Positions 46,422 to 56,455 of a DNA stretch of 64,000 bases are shown here, in pieces (the first letter of the stretch is position 1; each line of letters begins with the position of its first letter). The notes under the pieces were generated by a model. It saw only the letters and a list, made by a program, of their open reading frames with translations. It ran no database searches and was not told the DNA's origin. Made by a program: the position numbers and the translations under genes. Origin of the DNA: Bacteroidales bacterium UBA3754 (GTDB lineage: Bacteria; Bacteroidota; Bacteroidia; Bacteroidales; UBA1715); contig DFGI01000080.1 in assembly GCA_002371705.1 (NCBI GenBank), positions 7,530 through 71,529 on the forward strand. Direction: 5' to 3'.

Positions 46422-46506
46422 TGGATTTCCGAATTTGAAAAACAATGGTGAGAATATCAGTTTTGATTTTTTATTAACACATTGTTTTTCATAAACGTAT
46501 ATTGAC

Positions 46507-46514
46507 TACTTTTG
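46507..46514 (+). promoter_or_regulatory. Candidate -7 promoter box (TAnnTTTG)
   Basis: tacttttg lies 23 nt upstream of the ATG at 46537. Confidence 0.35.
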
Positions 46515-46536
46515 GCTCGGAAAATTGATTGTAGAG

Positions 46537-47076
46537 ATGAAATTACAGAAATTAGTTCTATTATTAGGTTTATTGGTGGTGGGCACAACCGCATTCGCCC
46601 AGTACGACGACGATGAAACAGTTCAATCACGGAAAACAAGTCACCGTAAGGAAAAAGTGAGCGCTCCAAAAGCTTCGCGCGCAAGCAAAAAGCAAATGAA
46701 GCAACAGGACAACTTTAAATCAAGCGTGAACAAAACCACTCATTTGAGCAAAAAAGAACAAGCGAAACTTCAGGCTAAAAAGGAAAAAGAACACACCGAA
46801 CGCTACGAAGCAAGCCGCAAGCGCATGCAGAATAAAAAGACGGTGAAACGAATGAAACAAAACGAGAAATATTCGTACCGTTATAATTCCGCAAAACACA
46901 ACCAAATGGGTTCCCACCCGAACGCAGCAACACGCAAACGCGCCAAAGCTCTTGAGAAAAAACAGGACGAGGCACGCGACCGCTACGAAAACAAGGACTA
47001 CAAACCGGGAGCCCGTAAAACAACGAAAAAAGGAAAAATTAGAGAATTTTACAATCCGTTCAAAAAGAATGACTAA
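46537..47076 (+). CDS. Secreted, extremely lysine/arginine-rich low-complexity protein
   Basis: The ATG at 46537 gives the signal peptide MKLQKLVLLLGLLVVGTTAFAQ. The remainder is rich in K/R/E/Q (KKEQAKLQAKKEKEH...). No family is recognised. Confidence 0.55.
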   Translation: MKLQKLVLLLGLLVVGTTAFAQYDDDETVQSRKTSHRKEKVSAPKASRASKKQMKQQDNFKSSVNKTTHLSKKEQAKLQAKKEKEHTERYEASRKRMQNKKTVKRMKQNEKYSYRYNSAKHNQMGSHPNAATRKRAKALEKKQDEARDRYENKDYKPGARKTTKKGKIREFYNPFKKND

Positions 47077-47081
47077 TCCGT

Positions 47082-48026
47082 ATGAAGAAACGCATTTTTG
47101 GCATATTAGCAGCCTGTGCGCTGGCGTTTGCTGCCCAAAGCCAAAAATGTGATTCTCTTTACTCGGTCTCACTTTCCCTTTTTGATTCCAAAGATTATCA
47201 AGGTTCGCTCGAAGTGGTCAACGAGGTGCTGGGCGTGTGCCCGTTGCGTTCCGACTACTACGTTCACCGTGCAAAATGCTATAAGGAACTGAAAAACTAC
47301 TTAGCGGAGCTCCATTCGTTAGAAGCGGCGATTTCCATTGACTCCAATTGCGTGGAAGCGTGGATGGAAAAAGCATTGTGGGAAGTTGAGTTTGAAAAGT
47401 ACCAATCGGCGATTCATAGCCACTTAAAAGTGTTGTCGTTGCTCTACTCCGGCGATTCCACAAAAGTGTTTTTCGAAGCGAATTTGGGCGCTATGTATGT
47501 GCTTACAAATCAAAACGAAAAGGCATTTGAACTTTTGCAACCGTTGTGCCACAAGGATTCCACTAATATCAGCCTTCTTACTAATCTTTCGGCAAGCGCA
47601 ATTTATTTAAACCGTTTTCCCGAAGCGGAATGGGCTCTTGAAAAGATTCTCGCCCAAATGCCACAAAGTATTGAAGCTCTGGTTAATATGGGATTGTGCA
47701 AGTCGGAACAGGGAGAGTATGAATCTGCTATAACATATTTTGATAAAGTTCTGAATAGCAATCCTGATGACGCATACGCCCTCAATAATGCCGGGTGGGC
47801 GTACTTAAAACTCGGGAAGATTCAGACCTCGCTGGATTACATCAACAAATCAATACAATTGAATCCGTCGAATTCTTACGCATACCGAAACAAAGCGTAT
47901 GCGTTGCAGGCAAAAGGAGCATCAGCGAAAGAAATCTGCAAAACAGTAAAACTCGCTCTCGACAATGGTTTCACAGATATGTATGGCGACGAAATGCTTC
48001 GGATGCAACAGGAATATTGTAAATAG
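47082..48026 (+). CDS. Tetratricopeptide-repeat protein with a signal peptide
   Basis: MKKRIFGILAACALAFAAQSQ, then multiple TPR units (e.g. AYALNNAGWAYLKLGKIQTSLDYINKSIQLNPSNSYAYRNKAYAL). Confidence 0.8.
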   Translation: MKKRIFGILAACALAFAAQSQKCDSLYSVSLSLFDSKDYQGSLEVVNEVLGVCPLRSDYYVHRAKCYKELKNYLAELHSLEAAISIDSNCVEAWMEKALWEVEFEKYQSAIHSHLKVLSLLYSGDSTKVFFEANLGAMYVLTNQNEKAFELLQPLCHKDSTNISLLTNLSASAIYLNRFPEAEWALEKILAQMPQSIEALVNMGLCKSEQGEYESAITYFDKVLNSNPDDAYALNNAGWAYLKLGKIQTSLDYINKSIQLNPSNSYAYRNKAYALQAKGASAKEICKTVKLALDNGFTDMYGDEMLRMQQEYCK

Positions 48027-48034
48027 GTTTTGCT

Positions 48035-50800
48035 ATGGAAGAAAAAAAACTTTTTTTGATAGATGGTCATGCAGTATTGTATCGTTCATACTTTGCGTTC
48101 ATAAACAATCCCCGTGTGAATTCCAAGGGCGTGAACACATCGGCGGTGTTTGGCTTTGTGAACACGCTTTACGAAATGATTCGTTCGCAAAAACCAACCC
48201 ACATCGGCGTGGTGTTCGACCCTAAAGGCAAAACGTTCCGCCACGAGATGTATGAAAGCTACAAAGCCAACCGACAAGCGACACCCGAAGATTTGAAGGC
48301 CTCTATTCCAGAAGTGTTCGACATTGTAAAGGCAATGAATATTCCCGTTGTGCAAGTTGAAGGCTACGAGGCCGATGACGTGATTGGCACTCTGGCAAAA
48401 CAAGCGTCACGCAAGGGCTTTATGGTTTATATGGTCACGCCCGACAAGGATTACGCACAGCTCGTTGAGGACACTATTTATATGTACCGCCTCGGTCACA
48501 ATGGCATCGACATAATGGGACCGAAACAGGTTGCAGACAAATTCAGCATTCAACGGCCAGAACAAGTAATTGATTTATTAGGACTTTGGGGCGACAGCTC
48601 CGATAATATTCCCGGAGCTCCCGGCGTTGGTGAAAAAACTGCGAAGGCGCTCATTTCACAATTCGACAGCATTGAAGGCATTTATGAGCATATCAACGAA
48701 TTGAAAGGCAAACAAAAGGAAAAACTTGTCGAAGCAAAGGAACAAGTGCTGCTGTCGAAGAAATTAGCAACAATCTGCACAAGCGTTCCTATTGATTTTG
48801 ATTCGTATAACTTTGAAAAAGAAGAATATAACAAAGAAGCTCTTCAAGCAAAATTCAACGAACTTGAGTTGTTTGGACTTGCGCAACGAATGTTGCAAAC
48901 TACTATAGAGCCGAAAAAAATTGTTGTAAAAAATGAAGAAAAACAAGATGGTTCATTGCAATTGGATTTGTTTGCCACGGAAACTCCGCAAGTACAAAAG
49001 CAAGCTGAACCTCAACAAATTACAGGGAATTACCGAATAGTAACGCAGATTGATTCTTTTGCGAAGACGCTTTCGAAACAGCTAGAATATTCATTCGCTG
49101 TGTGTGGAAGTTCGCAGGAGGCAATCAATGCCGAACTTGTGGGTATCGCGTTTTCGTGGAATAACGGCGAGGCACATTATCTTCCATTTCCAAAAGACGA
49201 ACAAACTGTAAATGAATTAATTACAAAATTTTCTCCCATATTTGCATCGTGTAGCACAAAATACACCTATGACCTCAAATATGCGGTGTCTTTGTTGTCA
49301 AAATACGGTATCCGCTTAGGCGGCGAGTTACACGATTGTATGTTGGCGCACTATATTTTGCAGCCCGAGACACGCCATTCGTTGGAAACAATTGCGCGTC
49401 AAACATTGTCGCATAATTGTATTAGAATTGAGGACGTTGTGGGGAAAAAACTTGGACAGTTTTCGTTTTTCGATGTGCCACTCAACGATGTTCGAAACAT
49501 TTTCGGCGAACAAGCCGACTGCATTTTTCAAGCCACACCGTTGTTGGAAACTGAGCTGAAACGACTTGGGCAATATGAATTGTATAAAACAATAGAATGT
49601 CCGTTGGCACCCGTATTGAGCGAAATGGAAATGACAGGCGTACGGATTGATTCCGAGGCGTTGAAAGAGTTGTCGAAAGTGATTTCCGCAAAAGTTTCCG
49701 AAATCGAAGCAAAAATATACGAACACGCTGGAACTCAATTCAATATAGGGTCTCCGAAACAGTTGGGCGAAATCTTGTTTGATAAACTTGAAATCACCGA
49801 AAAAGCTAAAAAAACAAAAACGAAACAATATGCCACTGGCGAGGAAGTTCTTGATAAACTGAAAGATGCACATCCGATTGTGCCTCTGATTTTGGAATAT
49901 CGGGAAATGAAAAAATTGCTGTCAACCTACATTGATAGTTTTCCATTGTTGGTGAACAAACGCACGGGAAACATCCACGCTTCGTTTAATCAGGCGGTTG
50001 TTGCAACGGGACGGTTGAGTTCCACAAATCCGAACTTGCAAAACATTCCCGTTCGTACCGAAATGGGACGCGAAATCCGCAAGGTGTTCATTCCATCGCA
50101 AGCAGGCAATGCCTTCCTTTCTGCCGACTATTCACAGATAGAATTGCGGCTGATTGCGCATTTCAGCGGTGACGAGCATTTTATTTCCGCCTTCCAGAAT
50201 GGCGAAGATATTCACAGTGCAACGGCGGCAAAAATCTTCAATGTCCCTCTTGGCGAAGTCACTTCTGACCAACGCCGAAAGGCAAAATCGGCGAATTTCG
50301 CCATCTCCTACGGAACAACGGCGTTTGGTTTGTCACAAAACTTAAATATTCCCCGCAAAGAAGCGCAAGAGTTGATTGACAGCTATTTTGCAAATTATCC
50401 AAAAGTAAAGGCGTTGATGGATTCATACATTAATTCGGCACGCGAAAAAGGCTATGTGGAAACCATGTTTGCCCGTCGTCGTTATGTGCCAGACATTAAT
50501 TCGCAAAATGCCACAATTCGAGGCGTTGCCGAGCGAAACGCCATCAATGCACCTGTACAAGGTTCTGCCGCCGACATTATAAAAATTGCGATGATTCGCA
50601 TTTTCGAGCGGATGAAATCAATGAATATGCGTAGCCGCATGATTTTGCAAGTTCACGACGAATTGAATTTCGATGTTTTTCCTGATGAATTGGAAACAAT
50701 GAAAACAATCGTTTCAGAAGAAATGCAAAACGCCGTGTCGCTCAAAGTTCCGCTGATAGCCGAAATGGGCGTTGGAAACAATTGGCTTGAGGCGCATTAG
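48035..50800 (+). CDS. polA: DNA polymerase I
   Basis: 5'-nuclease N-terminus (LFLIDGHAVLYRSYFA), and Pol A motifs DYSQIELR, RRKAKSANFAISYG and QVHDEL; 921 aa. Confidence 0.95.
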   Translation: MEEKKLFLIDGHAVLYRSYFAFINNPRVNSKGVNTSAVFGFVNTLYEMIRSQKPTHIGVVFDPKGKTFRHEMYESYKANRQATPEDLKASIPEVFDIVKAMNIPVVQVEGYEADDVIGTLAKQASRKGFMVYMVTPDKDYAQLVEDTIYMYRLGHNGIDIMGPKQVADKFSIQRPEQVIDLLGLWGDSSDNIPGAPGVGEKTAKALISQFDSIEGIYEHINELKGKQKEKLVEAKEQVLLSKKLATICTSVPIDFDSYNFEKEEYNKEALQAKFNELELFGLAQRMLQTTIEPKKIVVKNEEKQDGSLQLDLFATETPQVQKQAEPQQITGNYRIVTQIDSFAKTLSKQLEYSFAVCGSSQEAINAELVGIAFSWNNGEAHYLPFPKDEQTVNELITKFSPIFASCSTKYTYDLKYAVSLLSKYGIRLGGELHDCMLAHYILQPETRHSLETIARQTLSHNCIRIEDVVGKKLGQFSFFDVPLNDVRNIFGEQADCIFQATPLLETELKRLGQYELYKTIECPLAPVLSEMEMTGVRIDSEALKELSKVISAKVSEIEAKIYEHAGTQFNIGSPKQLGEILFDKLEITEKAKKTKTKQYATGEEVLDKLKDAHPIVPLILEYREMKKLLSTYIDSFPLLVNKRTGNIHASFNQAVVATGRLSSTNPNLQNIPVRTEMGREIRKVFIPSQAGNAFLSADYSQIELRLIAHFSGDEHFISAFQNGEDIHSATAAKIFNVPLGEVTSDQRRKAKSANFAISYGTTAFGLSQNLNIPRKEAQELIDSYFANYPKVKALMDSYINSAREKGYVETMFARRRYVPDINSQNATIRGVAERNAINAPVQGSAADIIKIAMIRIFERMKSMNMRSRMILQVHDELNFDVFPDELETMKTIVSEEMQNAVSLKVPLIAEMGVGNNWLEAH

Positions 50801-50844
50801 TAGCACTATTGTTTTTGAGATAAGGTTGTTTTGATCAGATTTCG

Positions 50845-50852
50845 TATCTTTG
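50845..50852 (+). promoter_or_regulatory. Candidate -7 promoter box (TAnnTTTG)
   Basis: tatctttg lies 16 nt upstream of the ATG at 50868. Confidence 0.35.
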
Positions 50853-50867
50853 TGAAAAATAAATGAT

Positions 50868-51266
50868 ATGAAAAGGATTCTATTAGTTTTTGCGATTTTG
50901 TTGCCATGTTTGGGGTTTTCTCAAAAGTATGTTAGTTGTGATGTTGTTTGTACTTACGAAAATGGTCGTGACACATCGTATTCTGTTGGTAAATGTTATG
51001 TGTTTGAATATGTTGAGGACGATAGGCATGTTTATATGCATATAGAAGATAGTTCTAATGGTGGTGTTGATGTGTATAGATGTAATACATTCAAATACTT
51101 GCCTGATGGTACTACAAAGGTGATATGTTCCGAAGTTGATACGGGTTCCCGTATTGAGATTAGTATTGATAAGAATGTTGACCCCTGGAAAATAGTTATC
51201 TGTCGTTATGGTGGTTTTATGTTTAATTCACTTGTGAATCGAAGGGAGTACACCATAAGTCGCTGA
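50868..51266 (+). CDS. Hypothetical small secreted protein
   Basis: Signal peptide MKRILLVFAILLPCLGFSQ; 132 aa; low GC. No recognisable motif. Confidence 0.5.
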   Translation: MKRILLVFAILLPCLGFSQKYVSCDVVCTYENGRDTSYSVGKCYVFEYVEDDRHVYMHIEDSSNGGVDVYRCNTFKYLPDGTTKVICSEVDTGSRIEISIDKNVDPWKIVICRYGGFMFNSLVNRREYTISR

Positions 51267-51278
51267 ACTCACCGTAAA

Positions 51279-52325
51279 CTAAATATTCAATCTCCGCAAA
51301 ATCAAATCTGCATTGAAAACAGCGTCCAACGCTGGAAAATATTGTTCCACAGCTTCTTTTTTCAGCTTTTTCGCATAACTGTCGGAGAAGAAGTAGATGC
51401 CATTACTGATTACATAATGCAGAATAAAGAATCGGTAGGCTTCCTTGATAAAGCGGACTTCGTTTTCGGTCAGCGGGAAAATTGCGTGGTATTCCTCCAA
51501 AAACATAAGGAATCGTTCCTCGTTGAGCTGCGTGGCGGTGTAACTGAAATCGGTTTTGTCGCCAATATTTGAAACCACGCGGCTGCACATATAAAAATCC
51601 ATTATGCGCGAACTCATTCGAAACCAGTCGTAGTCCCAACGGGAATAGAGCGAGCCGTCGCTCCGAACCGAAAAATTTCCAATGTTCCAATCAACAAACA
51701 CAGGAATTTTCGGAAACAAATTGAATCCTAATTCATCAATATTTTTCAGGAAAATATTGCATTGCTCGCGGATTAAATCCACATTGCCACGAAATTGCTC
51801 CGCATGTTCGGGATTTTCGAGGTTTCGCATCAATTGCATAATGTCTTTTTGCAGATTTTTCGATGAATGCGGCAACACTGGTGCTAATTTCGCACACATT
51901 TTGTGGAACTTCGCCATTTCTTGTCCGAAAACCCGCACTTGATTGTCGCTCAGCCGTTTAGGAAGCCGTTCCGCAATTCGTACTGGACGGTAGAACACCA
52001 TCCACACATCGGCAACAGTGTCTTCGTAGCGGTATAAAAACAATTCGTCGTTTTTCATCAGCGAGCTCGACAGGAACGATTCGTAGGGATATTCCAAGTT
52101 GTTGGCAAGCACATTAATAATAGTGTGGTCGTCCTTGAAATTCTCGAATTTCCCGAAACTCGAAACTTTCACCATCAAGCAACCGCCGTCAACCAATGTA
52201 AGTTTAAAAACCTTGTTGGTTGACACATTCACGCTCAAATCCTGCACATCGGCAATTTCGCGCTGCGGGTTGTATTCTTTCCAACCCAAACGGATAATAT
52301 ACTGATAATCAATAGGTGTATTCAT
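51279..52325 (-). CDS. Phosphotransferase of the APH/choline-kinase-like protein-kinase fold
   Basis: VFVDWNIGNFSV (Brenner-like DxxxxN catalytic loop with the His replaced) and WDYDW (metal-binding DxD-like). The family-level call is tentative. Confidence 0.5.
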   Translation of the reverse strand: MNTPIDYQYIIRLGWKEYNPQREIADVQDLSVNVSTNKVFKLTLVDGGCLMVKVSSFGKFENFKDDHTIINVLANNLEYPYESFLSSSLMKNDELFLYRYEDTVADVWMVFYRPVRIAERLPKRLSDNQVRVFGQEMAKFHKMCAKLAPVLPHSSKNLQKDIMQLMRNLENPEHAEQFRGNVDLIREQCNIFLKNIDELGFNLFPKIPVFVDWNIGNFSVRSDGSLYSRWDYDWFRMSSRIMDFYMCSRVVSNIGDKTDFSYTATQLNEERFLMFLEEYHAIFPLTENEVRFIKEAYRFFILHYVISNGIYFFSDSYAKKLKKEAVEQYFPALDAVFNADLILRRLNI

Positions 52326-52331
52326 AGCAAT

Positions 52332-53861
52332 TTATGTAATGATGGGCAAACTCACCCGAATGGTGGTGCCTTTGTCAATTTCCGACGATTTTACTACAAT
52401 TTTTCCATTATGATATTCTTTTACAATGCGTTGCGCCAAACTCAATCCTAATCCCCAACCACGCGACTTTGTGGTATATCCAGGATTGAAAATCGTCTTG
52501 AACTTCTTTCGTGGCAGACCTTTCCCCGTGTCGGTCACATCAATATTCACAATGGAATTTTCCTGAGAAACCTCAACCGTAAGTTGCCCTTTCCCCTGCA
52601 TTGCGTCGATGGCGTTTTTCCAGATGTTTTCAATTACCCACGCGAGCAACGATGGATTTAATTTCGCATAAATCGGCTCTGACGGCATAATTGTTTTATA
52701 TTCAACGTTTTTCGAAGTTCTCGTTTTCATATAATTAACGGAATTCATCACAATTTCCACCACATTTTCTTTCGAAAGATTGGGTTGTGAGCCGATTTTC
52801 GAGAATCTGCCAGCTATGGTTTCCAATCGGTTGATGTCTTTTCCTATTTCGTCAATCACTTCAGGTTCAATGTCTTTCATTTTCAACAATTCCAACCATG
52901 CCATCAACGACGAAATTGGCGTACCAAGCTGATGCGCGGTTTCCTTCGACATTCCAACCCACAGTTGGTCTTTCTCGTGTTTGTCGAACGAGCGGAATGT
53001 TACGTACGCGCCAAGCAAAATCAACAATGAAATGATAATCAAAATGGTTGGATAATAAGTCAGTCGGGTGATGAGTTCCGAATCCTTGTAGAAAATCAGC
53101 CCTGCCGTATTTTGGTCAATCATTATTGGAATTGCCTGATTTTCATACATATTGTCTTGAACAAAATCCTTTACCGATTCCGATGAAAGTTCACGAATCC
53201 GTTTTTCCGTGATATTTCCATAGGCAAAAATGTCTGTCGTGTCGCTGTTGGTAATCACCACAGGAACTGAAACCGCGTTCTGCGCGACTTCCACAATGAA
53301 GGAATGAATCATATTATTAATCATTTCCTGTAACTCGTTGAAAATCTGCGAATCGGAATAAAACAAGTAATTGATTACTTTACCTTTGTACGAAACCTTC
53401 AGCGGCTCGTATTTGCGGAACCGCTCCGAAATATTTGCAGGAATAGGCTTGTTCACCGACAGATTCTCGTTGAGATTCATCGTGGTAATCACATTTTTGT
53501 CGGCATCGGTCAAAATAATAGGAATATCCTTATTATTGGTTATAATCGAAAGTAGGAACGTAAGGAATTGAGAATCTTCTACTTCCATAATCAATTGTTG
53601 CGATTCACGCCACAGCTCAACCTTCTGAAGTTCCTCGTCTTTCAGTTTATCGAACAATTTTGTGGCGTATTCCAACAGCGAGTTGCGTTGTTGTACGGCA
53701 TCGGCCCACAGCATTACTTTTACCCGTTCTTCCTTGCGTATGTCGTTAATAGTTGTGTTGAAGAAGACAAAACCAACAACCAAAATCACGACGGCTATCG
53801 TGAAAAACAACCATTTAATTCTTCGTATGGTCCGGTAGTTGGATACGTTCATTAATCCCAT
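52332..53861 (-). CDS. Sensor histidine kinase (two TM, periplasmic sensor domain, HisKA + HATPase_c)
   Basis: H-box ETAHQLGTPISSL, N-box VIENIWKNAIDA, G-boxes DTGKGL and GWGLGLSLAQRIV. Confidence 0.85.
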   Translation of the reverse strand: MGLMNVSNYRTIRRIKWLFFTIAVVILVVGFVFFNTTINDIRKEERVKVMLWADAVQQRNSLLEYATKLFDKLKDEELQKVELWRESQQLIMEVEDSQFLTFLLSIITNNKDIPIILTDADKNVITTMNLNENLSVNKPIPANISERFRKYEPLKVSYKGKVINYLFYSDSQIFNELQEMINNMIHSFIVEVAQNAVSVPVVITNSDTTDIFAYGNITEKRIRELSSESVKDFVQDNMYENQAIPIMIDQNTAGLIFYKDSELITRLTYYPTILIIISLLILLGAYVTFRSFDKHEKDQLWVGMSKETAHQLGTPISSLMAWLELLKMKDIEPEVIDEIGKDINRLETIAGRFSKIGSQPNLSKENVVEIVMNSVNYMKTRTSKNVEYKTIMPSEPIYAKLNPSLLAWVIENIWKNAIDAMQGKGQLTVEVSQENSIVNIDVTDTGKGLPRKKFKTIFNPGYTTKSRGWGLGLSLAQRIVKEYHNGKIVVKSSEIDKGTTIRVSLPIIT

Positions 53862-56380
53862 TGTATTTGGAAATCGGTTTCAACTTTGGGTTCTTCAGTT
53901 TTTTCTTTTTTCTCTGTTGGTTCGTCCGATGATTCTTTGCCAAAAATCTCCTTCCACTCCGACTTTTGCGAGTCGAGGCTCGTCTTCACGTTTTCCTTCG
54001 ATTTTTTAAAATCGTAGTCAACGGTATAGTCATCAGGATTGCCAATAATTTTTATAGGAATCTTTAGATTTGTATCGTTATTCTTCTCGATTTCTCCAAA
54101 ATCTTCGTTTTCTTTATTTTTATTTCGGAACTTCAGCGACAATGTTTTTTTCAGAAATATCGTCGCGTAATAACTGAAAGTATTATTTTCAATGTTATGT
54201 TTTCCCGAAAATAGCATTTCGAATGCGCTTGCCGCGATATTCATATCGGGAATATATAATGTGTCGTTTTTCAGACAGATTGTGTTTTTCAGCGTTGAAA
54301 ATGAGATATTTGCGAATTCCTCCTGCATTTTCATTTTTTTGCCAATTTCCATCAACGTTTCCACGTTGTTCACCGAACCGTCCTCTATCACAATGTCAGC
54401 CAGCGCGTTAGTTGTTGAATAAATTGGATTGTAGTCCTTGTCCATCATTGTGGAAAGTTTCACAGAACCCGAAAGTGCGCCGTCGATTTGGTTTGCGGTG
54501 ATGATGGTTTGGTCAAAATTGTCGAACGTGTTGAAAATATCCTTTGCCGACATTTTTTCTATCACGCCCGAAGCATCGCATTTAATGGTGCTGTTGGGCA
54601 TATCGGTCAACTTCAGCGAGCCTGTTGTGAGCCGTCCCTGCAATGTGCTTGCATTGATTTCCGACAGTTCAATTGAATTTTCGGTAAATCTTATGATTGA
54701 CGCAAGATTCATCACGTAATATGGGTCGAAGTCAAGTTTTTTCGTCTCGAAGCGGATGCTTCCGAGAAATTGCCCCGTTCCCGATGATGGTTCCAATGAT
54801 TTATAATGATCGTAGAACGGTGTTACGTTGATGCTTTCTATGGTACAATTGAGGTTACAATGTGTGTTAACGTCGTCAAACAGAACATATTGCAGAAAAT
54901 CAGACGCCCGTCCCTGCAACGTGAACGATTGCGACTGCAAAGTTCCCGACACGCTGTCGAGCGAAACAGTACCGCCTGAAAACACAAAATGTCCCGCCAC
55001 GTTGCTGAAATCGTATGGCGAATTTTCGGGCGCCGAAACCGACACGTTGCCACATCGAACATCAGCCTCGAATTTTGTTTTTTTGAAGAAATCCTGTGAA
55101 AAATTCACAACATCGTCGCACAATCCACTGCACGAAAGCGTTCCCGTTACATTTCCCGCAACGCCGTAGTCGTTTATTTTCATCAAAAACGCAATGTCGT
55201 CAATGGTAAGGTTTAGCAATCCTTCAATTGCAAATCGTGGATTGTCGAAATTTGTAATCTCACCTGATTTTAGTGATAATTTTGAATTTCCCGTTTCAAC
55301 CGAAGTGGCGACCGAAGTGTAGGAATACGATTTCAGTTGCGAAATGTCGTTCGCTTTCAGAGTGCCTTTGGTTGAAAAACTGTATTTCGTTTTTTCGAAT
55401 AACACGCTTCCCCGTGTGCACGCCACATTGCAGACTATTCCCGGCATCGTTTTCTTTGTGATTTTTCCCTTCACGTTGCCCTCAACAAAAATGTCGGAGC
55501 GCAATTTATATTGTGCAAGGCTGTCAACGGTGTTTTGGGGAAGGACACGGAAAATTTTGTCAATCGTGGTTTCCACATTCATTGAAAGATTCACGGCATA
55601 GTCGTTGTTTTTCAAGCAGTTAACCGTTCCTTCGGAAAGAACAAGCCCAATCGGCGTTTCGAGTTTCAATTTTTTCACCATATATGTTGAGCTGTCACGA
55701 AGCAACGACACATCGCATTTAAACGACGAACGAGGAAAATAATCTTTTGATTTATAGGTAAACTGTTTGTTGGTAAACGCCGCAAACACATCCACGAAAA
55801 AGTCGTCACCTTGAAATTTTCCCGCAAAATTAATTTTGTCGAACCATTCCGAAGCGGAAATGTTCGATGCCGCATCGTGGTATTCCAGCAACGTGTTACG
55901 GAATCGGATTTTCGACAGTTCCACAAACATATCGTTTCCCGAGCTATCCGACTCAATTGAAAATCCCCAGTTGTGGTGCGACTGCGAATCCATAAAGAAA
56001 TTCACCTTTGCGTCGTGCGCAACCACTTGTTGCACAACGTAATTCTTAAACAAAAAATCCAGCACATTAAACGACAGCAACACTCGTTTTGCATAAAAAG
56101 CCGTGTCGGTTGAAATTCCGCGGAATTCGCTTCGGCGAAACGTTTCTGTTGACCTTGCAAACACATCGTGCATCTGGATTGAAATTGTGGGAATGTTTCC
56201 AAACACGCTCACATCGACTTTGCTCAATGAAATATCTGCTTTGATTTGCTTGCCGACCTTTTCGGTCACCACATGCATTATCTCGTCTTTATAGAAATAC
56301 GGGACAGCCACCGCCGCAACCACAAGAACGAACACTACAACTGCGAGACTTATCCCTATTATTTTGAAAACTTTTTTCAT
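53852..56380 (-). CDS. AsmA-family (AsmA/TamB-like) envelope protein
   Basis: N-terminal membrane anchor MKKVFKIIGISLAVVVFVLVVAAVAVPYFYKDEI...ISLSKVDVSVFGNIPTISIQMHDV, then a long beta-rich repetitive body; 842 aa. Confidence 0.65.
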   Translation of the reverse strand: MKKVFKIIGISLAVVVFVLVVAAVAVPYFYKDEIMHVVTEKVGKQIKADISLSKVDVSVFGNIPTISIQMHDVFARSTETFRRSEFRGISTDTAFYAKRVLLSFNVLDFLFKNYVVQQVVAHDAKVNFFMDSQSHHNWGFSIESDSSGNDMFVELSKIRFRNTLLEYHDAASNISASEWFDKINFAGKFQGDDFFVDVFAAFTNKQFTYKSKDYFPRSSFKCDVSLLRDSSTYMVKKLKLETPIGLVLSEGTVNCLKNNDYAVNLSMNVETTIDKIFRVLPQNTVDSLAQYKLRSDIFVEGNVKGKITKKTMPGIVCNVACTRGSVLFEKTKYSFSTKGTLKANDISQLKSYSYTSVATSVETGNSKLSLKSGEITNFDNPRFAIEGLLNLTIDDIAFLMKINDYGVAGNVTGTLSCSGLCDDVVNFSQDFFKKTKFEADVRCGNVSVSAPENSPYDFSNVAGHFVFSGGTVSLDSVSGTLQSQSFTLQGRASDFLQYVLFDDVNTHCNLNCTIESINVTPFYDHYKSLEPSSGTGQFLGSIRFETKKLDFDPYYVMNLASIIRFTENSIELSEINASTLQGRLTTGSLKLTDMPNSTIKCDASGVIEKMSAKDIFNTFDNFDQTIITANQIDGALSGSVKLSTMMDKDYNPIYSTTNALADIVIEDGSVNNVETLMEIGKKMKMQEEFANISFSTLKNTICLKNDTLYIPDMNIAASAFEMLFSGKHNIENNTFSYYATIFLKKTLSLKFRNKNKENEDFGEIEKNNDTNLKIPIKIIGNPDDYTVDYDFKKSKENVKTSLDSQKSEWKEIFGKESSDEPTEKKEKTEEPKVETDFQIQWD

Positions 56381-56455
56381 ACAAACGCAAAGGTATAAAA
56401 AACGTAAATGATTTGCTGTTTCGTATAACGCAAAATTTCGTACTTTCGCTTCAAA

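Noticed and set aside
46720-47172. A 150-aa minus-strand ORF, plus 46775..47023.
   Set aside because: It is antisense to the lysine-rich gene. AAG/AAA-rich coding gives open CTT/TTT-rich reverse frames. There is no start context or motif.
48042-48057. An A8-C-T7 quasi-palindrome at codons 3-8 of polA, considered as a slippage or regulatory site.
   Set aside because: It simply encodes the conserved EEKKLFL N-terminus of an essential gene. Nothing suggests variability.
49328-49873. A 181-aa minus-strand ORF inside polA. Similar long antisense ORFs occur at 17039..17512, 33773..34258, 60413..60925 and 62396..62818.
   Set aside because: All lie within and antisense to confidently identified genes (polA, the Ig-like lipoprotein, Ppd-ADH, thrA, hisS) and show no family features.
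56388-56395. A minus-strand TAnnTTTG match (tacctttg) in front of the AsmA-like gene.
   Set aside because: It ends only 8 nt from the ATG, which would leave essentially no leader. It is probably a chance match in AT-rich DNA, so I did not list it as a feature.
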